A DNA stretch of 49,653 nucleotides from Octopus bimaculoides (GCF_001194135.2 NC_068981.1:43012427-43062079), one strand, 5' to 3'; shown: positions 1 through 12,822, numbered from the stretch's first letter. A program made the numbers and translations. Notes: a model not told the origin generated them from the letters alone.

Positions 1-32
<32 letters not shown>

Positions 33-519
33 ATTTATCTGATAACAGTGTGCTTCAGCTCCAAGGAACTTAAAGTCTTGTTGACTTGTCAAATGAGCCC
101 AGCTCATCAGCCTTAGATTGTAGAACAAGCTAGGTTTGTTTGACAAACCCATGGAACATGAACCAGACTGTTATTAAATAAATAATATATGTAGCTCCTA
201 CCACTCTCTTGTATTTCCACTTAAATATATATATATATTTGTGTGTGTGTGTGTGTGTGTAAGTCATTATCAAAAGTAAATCATCTAATGGTGAAGTGGT
301 CTGCAATGATAATATGAGTTAAGTCATGTAGCATGTCATAAAACCAAGAGTTAGAACAGAAACATATTCATACAGAGAATAATTTTGTCATTCAGGCTTT
401 CTGATAAACACATTTATTGCTGCACAGAATGAAATAATTTTATAAGTAATTGTTTCACTCTAAAGTAGAAAATTTTATTTTCACGTTTCCCTTTGTGTGA
501 TATTACTATAATGATCACT

Positions 520-735
520 TGTTGCTTATTGCTGCTTTTAAACAGGTGAACCTTAATCAAACAGATCTATGATCAATAGCATTCCAGGGCTGACTGTGCA
601 ATTATATTTTCAGGTATAGCAATATACAGCTGTATTATGCAATGTGGTGTTTCTTTCCTCAAATGGTAGACTGCAGTTTGATGGAGATTCAACTGTAATT
701 TATGACAGGTCAAGTGGTTACATAATGACTCCCAT
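520..735 (-). mobile_element. Degraded copy of an unclassified interspersed repeat (SINE-like 3' part)
   Basis: Reverse complement (...ACTTGACCTGTCATAAATTACAG...GGAATGCTATTGATCATAGATCTG...) resembles the + strand segments at ~31290-31470 and ~2610-2680. Family recognised by eye only. Confidence 0.45.
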
Positions 736-938
736 CTGTTTCTCAAGATCATAGCATTGAAGACTTATTATGGTTTGCTTTCTTTTTATTGTTGTTATAT
801 TTGCCAACATGCACATCCTATTCATCTATCCCCATCACTACCAGCTACACCAAAATGTAGTGAGAGACTCAATTGTCTTCCCACTAACCATATCTTGTAC
901 CCTCAAAATCAACTACTTTACTTGCGAGTATAAAATGA

Positions 939-1177
939 GTTTCTTATTTCTTTATTGCCCACAAGGAGCTAAACATAGAGGGGACAAATAAGGACGGACA
1001 AAGGGATTAAGTCGATTACATCGACCCCAGTTCGTAACTGGTGCTTAATTTATCGACCCCGAAAGGATGAAAGGTAAAGTCGACCTCGGCGGAATTTGAA
1101 CTCAGAACGTAACGGCAGACGAAATACTGCTAGGCATTTCGCCCTGCGTGCTAATGTTTCTGCCAGCTCACTGCCTT
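939..1177 (-). mobile_element. tRNA-derived SINE, family B (Deu/Nin-like central domain), near full length
   Basis: Minus strand reads AAGGCAGTGAGCTGGCAGAAACATTAGC...GAGTTCAAATTCC (A/B boxes), then CTTTCATCCTTTCGGGGTCGATAAATTAAG, then a tail ending AATAAAGAAATAAG. Homologous to 28164-28385. Confidence 0.85.
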
Positions 1178-1967
1178 AGCCAGTATATACAGATACATTG
1201 ATATATATATATATATAAAATACAATGTTTATATACCAAAAAGATTTTCTAACATTTTTCTAACATTTTTCTGACATAATTTAAATATATACTTTAACCA
1301 TGTAACACAAGCCTTCTGTAGTTTTTTCACTCTTATTATCTTTTATACATCCAACCACGTGCTTTCACATNNNNNNNNNNNNNNNNNNNNNNNNNNNNNN
1401 NNNNNNNNNNNNNNNNNNNNNNNNNNNNNNNNNNNNNNNNNNNNNNNNNNNNNNNNNNNNNNNNNNNNNNNNNNNNNNNNNNNNNNNNNNNNNNNNNNNN
1501 NNNNNNNNNNNNNNNNNNNNNNNNNNNNNNNNNNNNNNNNNNNNNNNNNNNNNNNNNNNNNNNNNNNNNNNNNNNNNNNNNNNNNNNNNNNNNNNNNNNN
1601 NNNNNNNNNNNNNNNNNNNNNNNNNNNNNNNNNNNTATATATATATATATATATATTTTATACTAGCCTTGCTAGTACAAAATGAGTTTCTTAATGTTGT
1701 TTGGCTGTAGATATGGTTTTTATGATGCATGTTCAATCATTTATATCTGCTTTATGCCATTTTATGTTCATTTCTCCATAGTAGCATGAGTTAGATGAAT
1801 ACATATTCTCAAGGAATTGTTTTACAGACAGATAGTTCTCCTGTCAATAAGTCATAACTGTTTTTACAGAAGATTGGAGACAAAGGACACTGCTTGCACA
1901 ATGGTGATACCTGTCAATACATGAAAAGAGTAACACATACAGACATACACACATATACACGTGACAG

Positions 1968-2289
1968 ATTTCTCTCAATTTCTGCCTACCAAATCCACTC
2001 ACAAGGCTTTGGTCAACCCAAAGCTGTAGTAGAAAACACTTCCTCAAGGTACCATGTAGTGGGATTGAACCTGGAGCCATGTGGTTGAGAAGAAATCTTC
2101 TTACCATGCAGCCATCCCTGTGTTTATATATGATGGGCTTTGTACAGTTTCAGTCTATCAAATATATTCATAAGGCATTGGTCAGTTTATGGTTACAGTA
2201 GAAGACACTAACACATGGTGCCTCAGTGTGGAACTGAACTCAAAACCTCATGGCTGTGAATCAAATTTCTTAACCACATAGTCATACCT
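1968..2289 (-). mobile_element. Two head-to-tail 5' fragments of tRNA-derived SINE family A
   Basis: 1968-2123 and 2133-2289 both match the reverse complement of the 7681-7846 head (CCAAATCCACTCACAAGGCTTTGG...ACCATGTGGTTG). Confidence 0.75.
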
Positions 2290-4244
2290 TCATTTTTTAT
2301 GCTGGTACAAAATGTGCATGTGTTGGAGATATGTCAAGAGTTCTTCATTACATCTCTTGTAGTAAGTGAAAGCACTCTCAAACATCAGTAGTTATAGACA
2401 AAGAAGTTAAAAGCACTTTTCTTTTGTTTGAAGACAGTTGCCATTATTTGGAACTGACTGCTCAACCATAGAAATATAAAGTGTAGTCATAAACATAAAA
2501 AATTTACTACCTCCTTGATATAAGTCAGCTTAAAAAGAGGACTATGCAACTCAGTGACATTCATACACATAAAAATAACAGCATCAACAACAATAAATCA
2601 ATGAGGAGCTTTTCATGGCTACTTGATCTTCTAGAAGTAATAGTCAAATTTACCTTATATCATAGAATATAGTCTTAGCAGTATTGTGACCATATTTCTA
2701 CCATAATAGAGATACTTTTGAAAAAAGTACTAATGAAAAACTTGAAGTAATTTCGTAAAACAATAAATATAGCCATTTTTAAGCTGATGATTGGAACATA
2801 GCAAAAATGTACTTACATAAATTTATGGTAGGAGATTTTGATTTAAATATGAACATAATTTTGTGACATGCTAGTCATAAAATAAATGGCATATGTAGCA
2901 TGAACATTTTTTTTAATGTCTATTTTACAATGTGTTTCATGACAATGAAGTTCATGCAATGACTTAGGCCTTAAACAAATGTGGATGCAATAAGATGGTG
3001 TCACTTGGCATATGGCATGGTTATCAGAGACAACCCTTTCACAACAGTTCCTTGGACATCCCATTTCCTGATTCAATGATACCCGTTGACTGTCATCATC
3101 ACTGGATCTAACCCCAACTGGTAATTTCTTGTGGGTTTACTTGCTAAAAAACCTGCACACATTTACACCTCACTGCATATGGAGAAATGTAGTTTCCATT
3201 CCAGTTGATATGGCTGCTACAACTGGGAAAACCTGGGTATGTTTTGCTGCTGTCACCATCGCTTCCTTCACTACTACTGCTGCTGCCACCACCACTGCTG
3301 CCGCCACTGCCAGTACCACCACTACCACCACTATCATCTTAGCCATCTAAAGGGTGTGATACTTAAATTTTGAAAATTGTTACTTTGTCTATAGACATTT
3401 CTTAATGAGTTTTCTTGTTCTAGTCTTAGCTACTTGCATTTGAAATGAATCTTGAAATTATGAGATGCCATGAAAAGCTAAATAGCCAAGAAAATAAAAT
3501 AAAATAAAGAAAACTATTGTTTATGTTGTTTTATTAATCATACCTGTGTACAGCAAAATTATCAGCAACATATATTTCAAGTTGCTCAAGCATTAACATA
3601 GGTTTTCAAAAGCCTGAAATTATATTTAAAAAAAAAATACATGGTGCACCCAAATACTCCATGCAGTGCACCAGTGTAATACTGCACACCAATGAACTGC
3701 AGTGTGCTATTTCAAAATAACTACTTTCGATAATATAGATGTACAAACCTCTAAAAGAGCAAAATGATGACAGCTGGATGGCCTTTTATCATTGGTCTAC
3801 TTCACAACAACAACAAGAATGACAACAACAACAGCAACAACAATAACAGTACCGTTATTAATAATATGTATCTCAGGAAACATGATTACCAATGCACTAG
3901 AATGCTATTTCTTTAGATTTATGTTGCTTCATAGCAATAAACAAAAAGTAAATGTCATGGGAACAGAAGCAGTGATAACCAGGCAATAACATTCCGCAGA
4001 TTCCAATGTTACTGATTTTGCTGCTCCATTACCAAGCATTCACCTAGATACTTTTAGATTATATACTTTTCTTTCAGAAATGACAGGAGATTTTCCCCCT
4101 ACCTCATAACACCACCATCACCATCAGTGTTTACAACAGCAGCAGCAACAACAACGACCACATCAACAGTGGAAGTAACACACTATGTATATGGCATGAA
4201 CACTACAATATATTACGGTAAATCTGTAATACTGGTTTCAAATT

Positions 4245-4372
4245 TTAGCACAGGCCAGCAATTTGGGGAATGGTTTAAGTTGATTACATCGATCTTAGTG
4301 CTCAACTTGTACTTATTTTATTCACCCTGAAAAGATGAAAGTTAAAGTCGACCTCAGCAGAATTTGAACTCA
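4245..4372 (-). mobile_element. SINE family B fragment
   Basis: GAAAAGATGAAAGTTAAAGTCGACCTCAGCAGAATTTGAACTCAG matches 1060-1105. Confidence 0.75.
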
Positions 4373-5504
4373 GGTGTACTAATAAGTCTGTTACCTCTCT
4401 GCCTTGGGTAGATCTCTATTACTGACACACTAGCATTTAGGGGCTGCAGGCAGAATATTGTGAAAGACAATATAGTATGAATTAAATGTAGAAAAAACTC
4501 AAAGAAAAAGTGAGCTAAAATATTACAAAACATATCTCTTTGTTCTCTTCACCATGTACATCCCCAATTTTAGAATAAATACACTGCATCCCTGCATATT
4601 GTTGAGGGTAACTAAAAGAGTTGGTGACAAGAAGGGCATTCTGTTGTAAAACACTGTTTTACTGTCATTTTTCCAAAGAAGAATTTTTTTGGCTTTGAAG
4701 TTCTCCCTCTTCCTCACTTTGAGATGTGGTGATACCATTGTCTGCGGAATCTGTCTCAGGTATGGGTGGGATTGTGTTTATTTTTGTGTGAGTGTCTATG
4801 TGTGTGTTTGTGTTTAGAGGAATTAAAGAAAGGGAGAAGGTGAGCCCTGTTGGGAAATCTAGGGGTTTCTGATGTCTTGTTTTACTTTCTGCTGTTGCTG
4901 GTGGCAATTTTACCCCTGTTGCTGGTGTTGTTGCTAGTGTCAGTGTTACTCCTGAAGTTGCTGGTTTTGCTGTTCCTGTTGTTGATGTTGCTGCTGTTAC
5001 CAGGGCTGGTGCTGCTGTTTTCGTATTTTGTTATGTTCATTTTATTTTGTAGTTTTTGTGATAGTGCAGGAAATTTATGTCAATTTTTCTGTGCAGATTT
5101 GTTGTTGCCGTTGTTGATTTTGTTGCTACTGTTGTTGGTTGTTTTTGTAGTGGTGGTGTTAGCAGTAATGTTGGTGCTGTGTTCTGGGCATTTGCTGCTG
5201 TTGTGAGTCATTGTTTGCACATGTGAAATATCTTTGCAGATTTTGCAAGTGTGGAAGGAGATGATGCCTTCTTTTTTTTTATTTTATAATTTTGTGGGTG
5301 TAATGTGTTTAAAATTTGTACTAATTGAGCCTTTGGCCTAAATATTATAAGGTGTCAGGGCAATGTAGGGTGTCTCATTTACAGTTTGTAACAAAAATTT
5401 TAACAAGAAATATTATGTAAACAAGTGAAAACCAACAAAACTTACGGAGCAAAAGTATGTGATGAGTACTTAAGAAACCAATAACAACAACAACAATGAC
5501 GAAG

Positions 5505-5524
5505 ATAATAATAATAATAATAAC

Positions 5525-5571
<47 letters not shown>

Positions 5572-5589
5572 TGATAATAATAATAATAA
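5505..5589. repeat. (TAA)n microsatellite
   Basis: Seen directly; abuts the element at 5590. Confidence 0.95.
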
Positions 5590-6146
5590 CTGGTGCAATA
5601 CCTTACCCAGGCAGTGGCTTTCATGGCTTTTGATCTTTACTGATTGGAAGTGTTATCATGTGCATTGATTTGTCTTGGGATAAAAGATTGGGCTACAGCA
5701 AATATTCTGCTCAATACTACAGATTTGCTCGTCAGTTGCTTGACCTTAACCAGCTGAGCATGTCCCTTAGTGGCTGACGATATATGCATCTCTGATCATG
5801 AGCAGAAGTAGTGGGGGAGCATCATAGCCATGTGGTGAGAGGAATTCTTTGGGTTTGAAAAATTCACCTCTGGAAACGTGGGTATTTTGTTCATCATCCT
5901 AAAACAAACCTTATTCAGAAACCTCTTGAATGGGATGGGCTACTCAACCTGAAGAAAATTCTAGCTGGGCCTCACCTGCAAGGTCATGTGCTGTTTATCT
6001 TCATATAAGATCACCATGTCACACACATATGGTTGTGATGCATGTGCCTGGTGTACCCTTATCAGACGGGTAGTCATGATGAGTATAATGGGCTTCGTAT
6101 ATTTTACCCCAATGTCACTTTGATGGTATGCATTACTCTCTCACTT
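5590..6146 (-). mobile_element. Non-coding ~560 bp retroposon (family E) embedded in (TAA/TTA)n
   Basis: Homologous to 27359-27680 and 34126-34277, with AAT-type repeats on both sides. Strand is inferred from which end the truncated copies retain. Confidence 0.75.
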
Positions 6147-7680
6147 AATAACAATAATAATAATAATAACAACAACAACAATAGCAAAATAAAAAGTATG
6201 GTAATAATAATTCATACAGAATAATAATTCATACAATAATAATTAATACAGAAGGAGCTCCATCAAAATTTGGGATCACCTCAGCTACCAAAGACATGTG
6301 CACTTTTCAATTTGACCTACAAGTACATGTTGAAAGTAAGTCCATTCCCTCTTCCCATTTTCACTATTGTCGTTTGTGTTTTTCCAAGTGGAATATGAAA
6401 AAGTAAAAGAAAGCTTGATCAAAAATGAGTCAGCTTTCAGCCCTTTCAGCTTCGCCCTCCTCTCAACCTTTTTTAGCCAAAGCCACCAGATAGAGGAAAG
6501 TTAGTAATTCTTTTTGGCTAAAGGTGGGGAGCTGGGAAATCTATATGAGAGACTTTGTTGATCGGCAGATCTATTCTAAATGCAACAATAACTGCTTGAT
6601 ATATAATTCCCTCAGTCAGTAATACCTGGACACTGAATGAGTACAAGAAGGATGATCTCATCACACTCTGATAATACTTTTGCTGATAAAGATGATGATA
6701 GCAATAAAATTAAAATTGATATCTAAAAATTAGCAATTCACAAATATTTATAGAAGTATAATCAAATAAATCAATTCAAGAACATGACAGATGCTATATT
6801 TTAATTGATGTTGGAAATTTGAAAGATAAAATTGATCATGGTTAGATTTTGACTTACAATGTAAAGGGTTGTAACTTAATACAGTAAAGTATTTTGTCCA
6901 ATAGATAACAACAACTAATATAAATAAAAACAATTATATCTATATAGAGTAGTGTTTGTGAAATTAAGTAGATATTCCTATGAACCTGAAATTCACATTT
7001 AGAAATATTTAATTGGATGTAAAATTGTCCTTAAGATACAGAGGAAAATTTGAATAAGAAATAAAACTAATTGAAATGTATTTCTCCAACAGAGAATTCA
7101 TCTTTCACACTAGCAAAGTTCTGAAGTTTTTCCAAGTTAAAATTAAATCAATAACTAATGTACAATAGTGATATCATATTGTATGTTGTGTTATATATTA
7201 AATTTTAATTTTAATTTTATTCTTAAACCTATAATACATTTTGCTAATAATTCTAAACTCTTCTAATATTTTGTAGAGAAAATAGCAAAAATGAAACCTA
7301 GTGTTTTATATTTGAACAATATTTTGGTTGCAAGCAATTATAACATCTAATAGGTGTTACAGAATTATTAATATTTCAATAATACATGTGTATGTCTAAA
7401 AAAACATATTTTAAAAAATTAAACATTTTCTAAAAGACAAATGAATATTTTGTGCATAGAGATAATTCAGGCATCAAAGGATTAATTTCAATATTGAATA
7501 TGAATTATCTCTATTTTTGAAATTTAAAGGGGATACAAGTGGAAAATAGCTCCAGAACATTGCAGCAAGCTATCAGAAAGATGAGAAAATGTGGTAAAAG
7601 AATACGATGTGTGGAACTAAGAGTTCTATTTGCCTTGTTGAGTGTTCTGTATTGAAAATTTATTCAAAGTTTCTTCATAT

Positions 7681-7846
7681 AGGCGTAGGAGTGGCAGTGT
7701 GGTAAGTACCTTGCTTACAAACCACATGGTTCCAGGTTCAGTCCCACTGCGTGGCACCTTGGGCAAGTGTCTTCTACTATAGCCTCGGGCTGACCAAAGC
7801 CTTGTGAGTGAATTTGGTAGACGGAAACTGAAAGAAGCCCGTCGTA
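7681..7846 (+). mobile_element. tRNA-derived SINE family A, 5' half running into (TA)n and a gap
   Basis: A-box-like GGCAGTGTGGT, B-box-like GGTTCAGTCC, CORE-like CCTTGGGCAAGTGTCTT, then GCCTTGTGAGTGAATTTGGTAGACGGAAACTG. Confidence 0.9.
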
Positions 7847-8520
7847 TATATATATGTATATATATATATATNNNNNNNNNNNNNNNNNNNNNNNNNNNNN
7901 NNNNNNNNNNNNNNNNNNNNNNNNNNNNNNNNNNNNNNNNNNNNNNNNNNNNNNNNNNNNNNNNNNNNNNNNNNNNNNNNNNNNNNNNNNNNNNNNNNNN
8001 NNNNNNNNNNNNNNNNNNNNNNNNNNNNNNNNNNNNNNNNNNNNNNNNNNNNNNNNNNNNNNNNNNNNNNNNNNNNNNNNNNNNNNNNNNNNNNNNNNNN
8101 NNNNNNNNNNNNNNNNNNNNNNNNNNNNNNNNNNNNNNNNNNNNNNNNNNNNNNNNNNNNNNNNNNNNNNNNNNNNNNNNNNNNNNNNNNNNNNNNNNNN
8201 NNNNNNNNNNNNNNNNNNNNNNNNNNNNNNNNNNNNNNNNNNNNNNNNNNNNNNNNNNNNNNNNNNNNNNNNNNNNNNNNNNNNNNNNNNNNNNNNNNNN
8301 NNNNNNNNNNNNNNNNNNNNNNNNNNNNNNNNNNNNNNNNNNNNNNNNNNNNNNNNNNNNNNNNNNNNNNNNNNNNNNNNNNNNNNNNNNNNNNNNNNNN
8401 NNNNNNNNNNNNNNNNNNNNNNNNNNNNNNNNNNNNNNNNNNNNNNNNNNNNNNNNNNNNNNNNNNNNNNNNNNNNNNNNNNNNNNNNNNNNNNNNNNNN
8501 NNNNNNNNNNNNNNNNNNNN

Positions 8521-8646
8521 TATCAGATGATGATAATCTTTATCAGATGATGATAATCTTTATCAGATGATGATAATCTTTATCAGATGATGATAATCTT
8601 TATCAGATGATGATAATCTTTATCAGATGATGATAATCTTTATCAG
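8521..8646. repeat. 20-bp minisatellite (TATCAGATGATGATAATCTT)x6, open-ended into a gap
   Basis: Six perfect units plus TATCAG, seen directly. Confidence 0.97.
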
Positions 8647-9081
8647 AGCTGAATCTGTAGATGACTGTACACCCAAATCCTAAATGTGCACCATGATTGC
8701 TGGTAGGACATGTAAATACTTAGTTAATAGGACCACATGTGTATCATAATGTGTATACTAATTTTTTGTCTTTATTGTTGCCTCTGTTTCTGATGCTGTC
8801 ATGTGCAGTATACTTCTGACTTCTTAATTATCTTCTGAAAGTCTGGACCATCAAAGAGATGTATTTTACTTTTGAAGAGATAGTGTTATTTCTCTTCAAA
8901 GTGATCCTGCATTGGTCTTAGAATCACTTCTTCCGTTTCTCTGCTAGAAACTATCTTAAGCTGAAAATATGACAAAGATTTTATATAGTTAAACTATGCA
9001 TGCATATGTACATGCATACACACATATGTGCACACACATGCACACACACATACACACAAATATATACAATAAATTTATATA

Positions 9082-9208
9082 CAGGGTGTCCACAAAGTCT
9101 GGGTACATGGGGATTAACACATACTTTAAGAAATAATAATTTCTTATATTTAATTGTTTATGTTATGATTTTATTTACTCCATGTACCCAGACTTTGTGG
9201 ACACCCTG
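9082..9208. mobile_element. Tc1/mariner-type MITE, 127 bp
   Basis: Perfect 29-bp TIRs CAGGGTGTCCACAAAGTCTGGGTACATGG (9082-9110 / 9180-9208), with TA on both sides (9080-81, 9209-10). Confidence 0.92.
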
Positions 9209-10189
9209 TATTATAGACAATGATTTGAGTAAGGCAGAATGTGTATTGTAAAACTATGTATACATTTATATGTGTTTGTGTGAAAGAGAGAGAGAGAGAG
9301 AGAGTATACATGTGTGTGTTTGTGCATTTGCTTACACTTGCTGCTTGCTATTCAAAAGTTACAATGCGCACATGATGTTCTCTTGGCATTTCTCCTGCCT
9401 GTAGAGTGTATGGTCACTTCATGCTTTAAAACCTGTGAAATGAAACACTTGAGAGACTCCGTACTTGAAACAGGTAAGGATTAGCATCAGGGAGAGCATC
9501 CAGCTGTAAAACAACATCTCAACAGCATATTCATATAACCCATGTCAGAATAATAAAATGGGCATAAAATATATAAGAATAAAAAATACATTAGCACAAG
9601 GCTACAAAATTTATCACAAAGAGGAGTAATGTAATATATTGGTATATTACTAGTATATATTTTTAGTATATGTTTTATTGACTTCAGTTTGATGAAAGGC
9701 AAAGATGACCTCTTATAGAGAAGAATAGAGAATGTAGGATGACGAAACAACATACACCTTATTATTTCTGTCACTTCAATAAGCTATCGTTTCTATTCAA
9801 ATAATATAGATGAAACAGGAATAAACATTGAAAGAACTGCACAAATAGACAATAAAGATGTTTAACTCGCATGTTTTAATTGTTGTTGTTAAAAGGATTA
9901 TTGTTACTGGCATTGCTGTTTTTGCTATTGTTGTTGTAACTTAATATTGATTCATCTGCTTGTTTTTAGTGTCATTATCAATATTATACACAGTTTGATG
10001 TGCCAAAAGCAAGCTGATGCTGATTTCTTTTGATTTTTCCATCTCAAATTATGTCAAAGAAAATGGTTTTGTGTGCTAATATATGAAAGAAAGCATATGT
10101 GTGTGTGTGTGTATATGTATGTATATGTATATATATGTATATATATGCATATATATGTGTATATACATATATATATATGTTTGTTTTCC

Positions 10190-10495
10190 TGTCTTGTTTT
10201 TTGTCCGCCACTACATTCCTCCATGGCTAGATTTAATTTGCGTATACAGATTTAATCTGCGATCCATGGGACGAGCCGTTTTAACGTTGCGTCCTGCCCG
10301 AAGCTCGTCGAAACGCCGGTGTTAAAACGTGGGTAGCTGATGAAGTAGAATGTTCTCTATGTGGCTCGTGTGTTCTCGTCTACGTTTGTTTGCAATGTCC
10401 TGTACCCAGATATGCACCTATACATACAGGTGGATGTCGGTATGCACATACCTGTACGTATATATGCATATACTCATTTACTTTTGTTTATATAT
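10190..10495 (+). mobile_element. Young CpG-rich interspersed element ending in (TA)n (unclassified, possibly PLE-related)
   Basis: 10302-10481 is the reverse complement of 40073-40252 with 2 mismatches in 180 bp. The 5' boundary is approximate. Confidence 0.75.
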
Positions 10496-10940
10496 ATATA
10501 TATATATATATANNNNNNNNNNNNNNNNNNNNNNNNNNNNNNNNNNNNNNNNNNNNNNNNNNNNNNNNNNNNNNNNNNNNNNNNNNNNNNNNNNNNNNNN
10601 NNNNNNNNNNNNNNNNNNNNNNNNNNNNNNNNNNNNNNNNNNNNNNNNNNNNNNNNNNNNNNNNNNNNNNNNNNNNNNNNNNNNNNNNNNNNNNNNNNNN
10701 NNNNNNNNNNNNNNNNNNNNNNNNNNNNNNNNNNNNNNNNNNNNNNNNNNNNNNNNNNNNNNNNNNNNNNNNNNNNNNNNNNNNNNNNNNNNNNNNNNNN
10801 NNNNNNNNNNNNNNNNNNNNNNNNNNNNNNNNNNNNNNNNNNNNNNNNNNNNNNNNNNNNNNNNNNNNNNNNNNNNNNNNNNNNNNNNNNNNNNNNNNNN
10901 NNNNNNNNNNNNNNNNNNNNNNNNNNNNNNNNNNNNNNNN

Positions 10941-11009
<69 letters not shown>

Positions 11010-11692
11010 CATACACATACACATGAATATGTATATATATATTTATACATGTACATACACACACATATTATATATTCACATATACATACATGTGTGTGTG
11101 AGTGACTGGGTAAATGTATATATATACGTACATATATATATAAAATATATATTCATATGCATAATTGCACAAACATACACATAAATATACATTCACATAT
11201 ACACATTTATTCACATGCATACATACACATATGCACATGCCTTCACATTCATCCCTGTTCGCCAATGTAAATAAATGTAAGATGTGCAAAATAAACAAAG
11301 CCTAGAGAATAGCTTGTAAAGGAAAGGAATGTAACTAAATAACAAAGTTATAACTACTTTCCTTATATACAACAGTCATAAGCATGCACATGTGTGATTA
11401 CTTATTTACACGATCAATATCTACATGGATCTATCTACCTATCTATCTTTATATATATATGTTTGTGTTTGTGCATGTATATATATATGTGTGTGTGTGT
11501 AAATATATAAATGTATGTGTATATATCTTGCAGTAGATATATATTAATTTGAGTGTAAAAAGAAGAGAGACAAAGTGAGTGATGGTAAGACAGCAAGAAG
11601 AGAACAAGTCCTTCCAAATGTACATCCATAGCCAACCCACACATACATATATACACACATTTAAACAAATAATATATATATATATAAATGCA

Positions 11693-11732
<40 letters not shown>

Positions 11733-12319
11733 CTGTGTGTGTGTATAGATGAGTGTATGTACACAAATATACACTCATAATATATGTCTATATGCATATG
11801 TATATATATGTTCTTTCTTCATTATATTTTAAAGTTTTATAGGCTTAACTCTGCTTCTTTTAATCCCTGTCAGATCTAGCTTCAAGATTTCTTTCATTGA
11901 AGCAAAAGCTTGCAGAATTCAGCTGCAAGATAATATATTGTATAGAAAGTATCAGTTCTATTTGATTTGTTTGTTAATGCCGTTGTGTATAGATTAATAT
12001 TTTGCTATTTTAACTCTCACCTTCTTGTGGTTTGTTAGTCTACTAGCTCTGGGAGACTGAAAGAGCTTAGAATGTTATATCTGGGTTCATTTAAGTACAC
12101 ACACACACGCCCCCCCCCACAACACACAGAGTCCCTCACATACACGTGCACATATATGTGAATATATATGTAAATATATATGTGTGTATGTATGTCTATA
12201 TATATGTGTGTGTGTGTGTATGTGTGTGTGTGTGTGTGTATATATGTATGTGTGTGTATCATCACCATCATCATCATCACCATCATCGTCATCGTCATCA
12301 ACATGATCATCATTGTCAT

Positions 12320-12757
12320 CATTGCTTTAACCCTTACTTTTCTCTACTGGTATGGGTTAGACAATTTAAATGGAACTGGTAAGCCAGAGAGCTGTACCAG
12401 GTCCCAGTCTGATTTGGCTTGGTTCCTATGGCTGGATGTCCTTCTTTCACTAGCATGAGTGCCTTTTATGTGTCCCCAGCACCGGCCATGACTATGATTT
12501 CCCTGTTCTTGATGAGTCGTCTCAAGCACAGGAAATCGCCAAAGGTCTCAATGACTTGTCATTACCTCTGTGAGACCCAACGTCTGAAGTTCATGCTTAT
12601 CCAATGTTTTCTTATCCAATGTCTTCTTATACAATGTTACCTTATCCAATGTCTTCTTGAGTCACCTTATCAATGTCACTTTATCAATGTCTTGATTATC
12701 CAATGTCACCTTATCCAATGTCTTCTTGGGTCTACCCCTTCCACAGGTTCCCTCCAT
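12320..12757 (-). mobile_element. RTE-clade LINE 3' end (ORF C-terminus, 3'UTR, (GAT)n-type tail)
   Basis: Minus strand translates ..EGTCGRGRPKKT.. then KHELQTLGLTEVMTSH*DLWRFPVLE, typical of an RTE C-terminus. The CAT-rich tail is at 12258-12315. Confidence 0.8.
12596..12724. repeat. ~15-bp minisatellite (CTTATCCAATGTCTT / ...GTCAC), about 8-9 degenerate units inside the RTE fragment
   Basis: Units start at 12596, 12611, 12626 and 12641, followed by degenerate units. Confidence 0.9.
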
Positions 12758-12775
12758 AAATAAATATGCACTGGA

Positions 12776-12810
<35 letters not shown>

Positions 12811-12822
12811 TTGTTTATTCAT

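Noticed and set aside
80-118. CTGATGA on the minus strand next to the TTGAC/GTCAA palindrome
   Set aside because: There is no GAAA and no stems I or III.
1661-1677. TACTAGC-CTT-GCTAGTA hairpin (Helitron end?)
   Set aside because: Only 7 bp, and no correctly spaced CTRR terminus or 5' TC end is visible because of the adjacent gap.
6251-6342. Possible small exon ending at GAAA|GTAAGT
   Set aside because: Good donor but poor acceptor, no recognisable peptide and no partner exons.
6472-6522. 10-bp inverted repeat TTTAGCCAAA/TTTGGCTAAA
   Set aside because: Short stem with a 31-nt loop; expected occasionally by chance in AT-rich DNA.
8521-8646. CRISPR-like array
   Set aside because: The units are contiguous with no spacers, and the context is eukaryotic.
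10310-10345. Canonical hammerhead (GAAAC ... CTGATGA)
   Set aside because: The motif order would require type II, but stems I and II do not pair.
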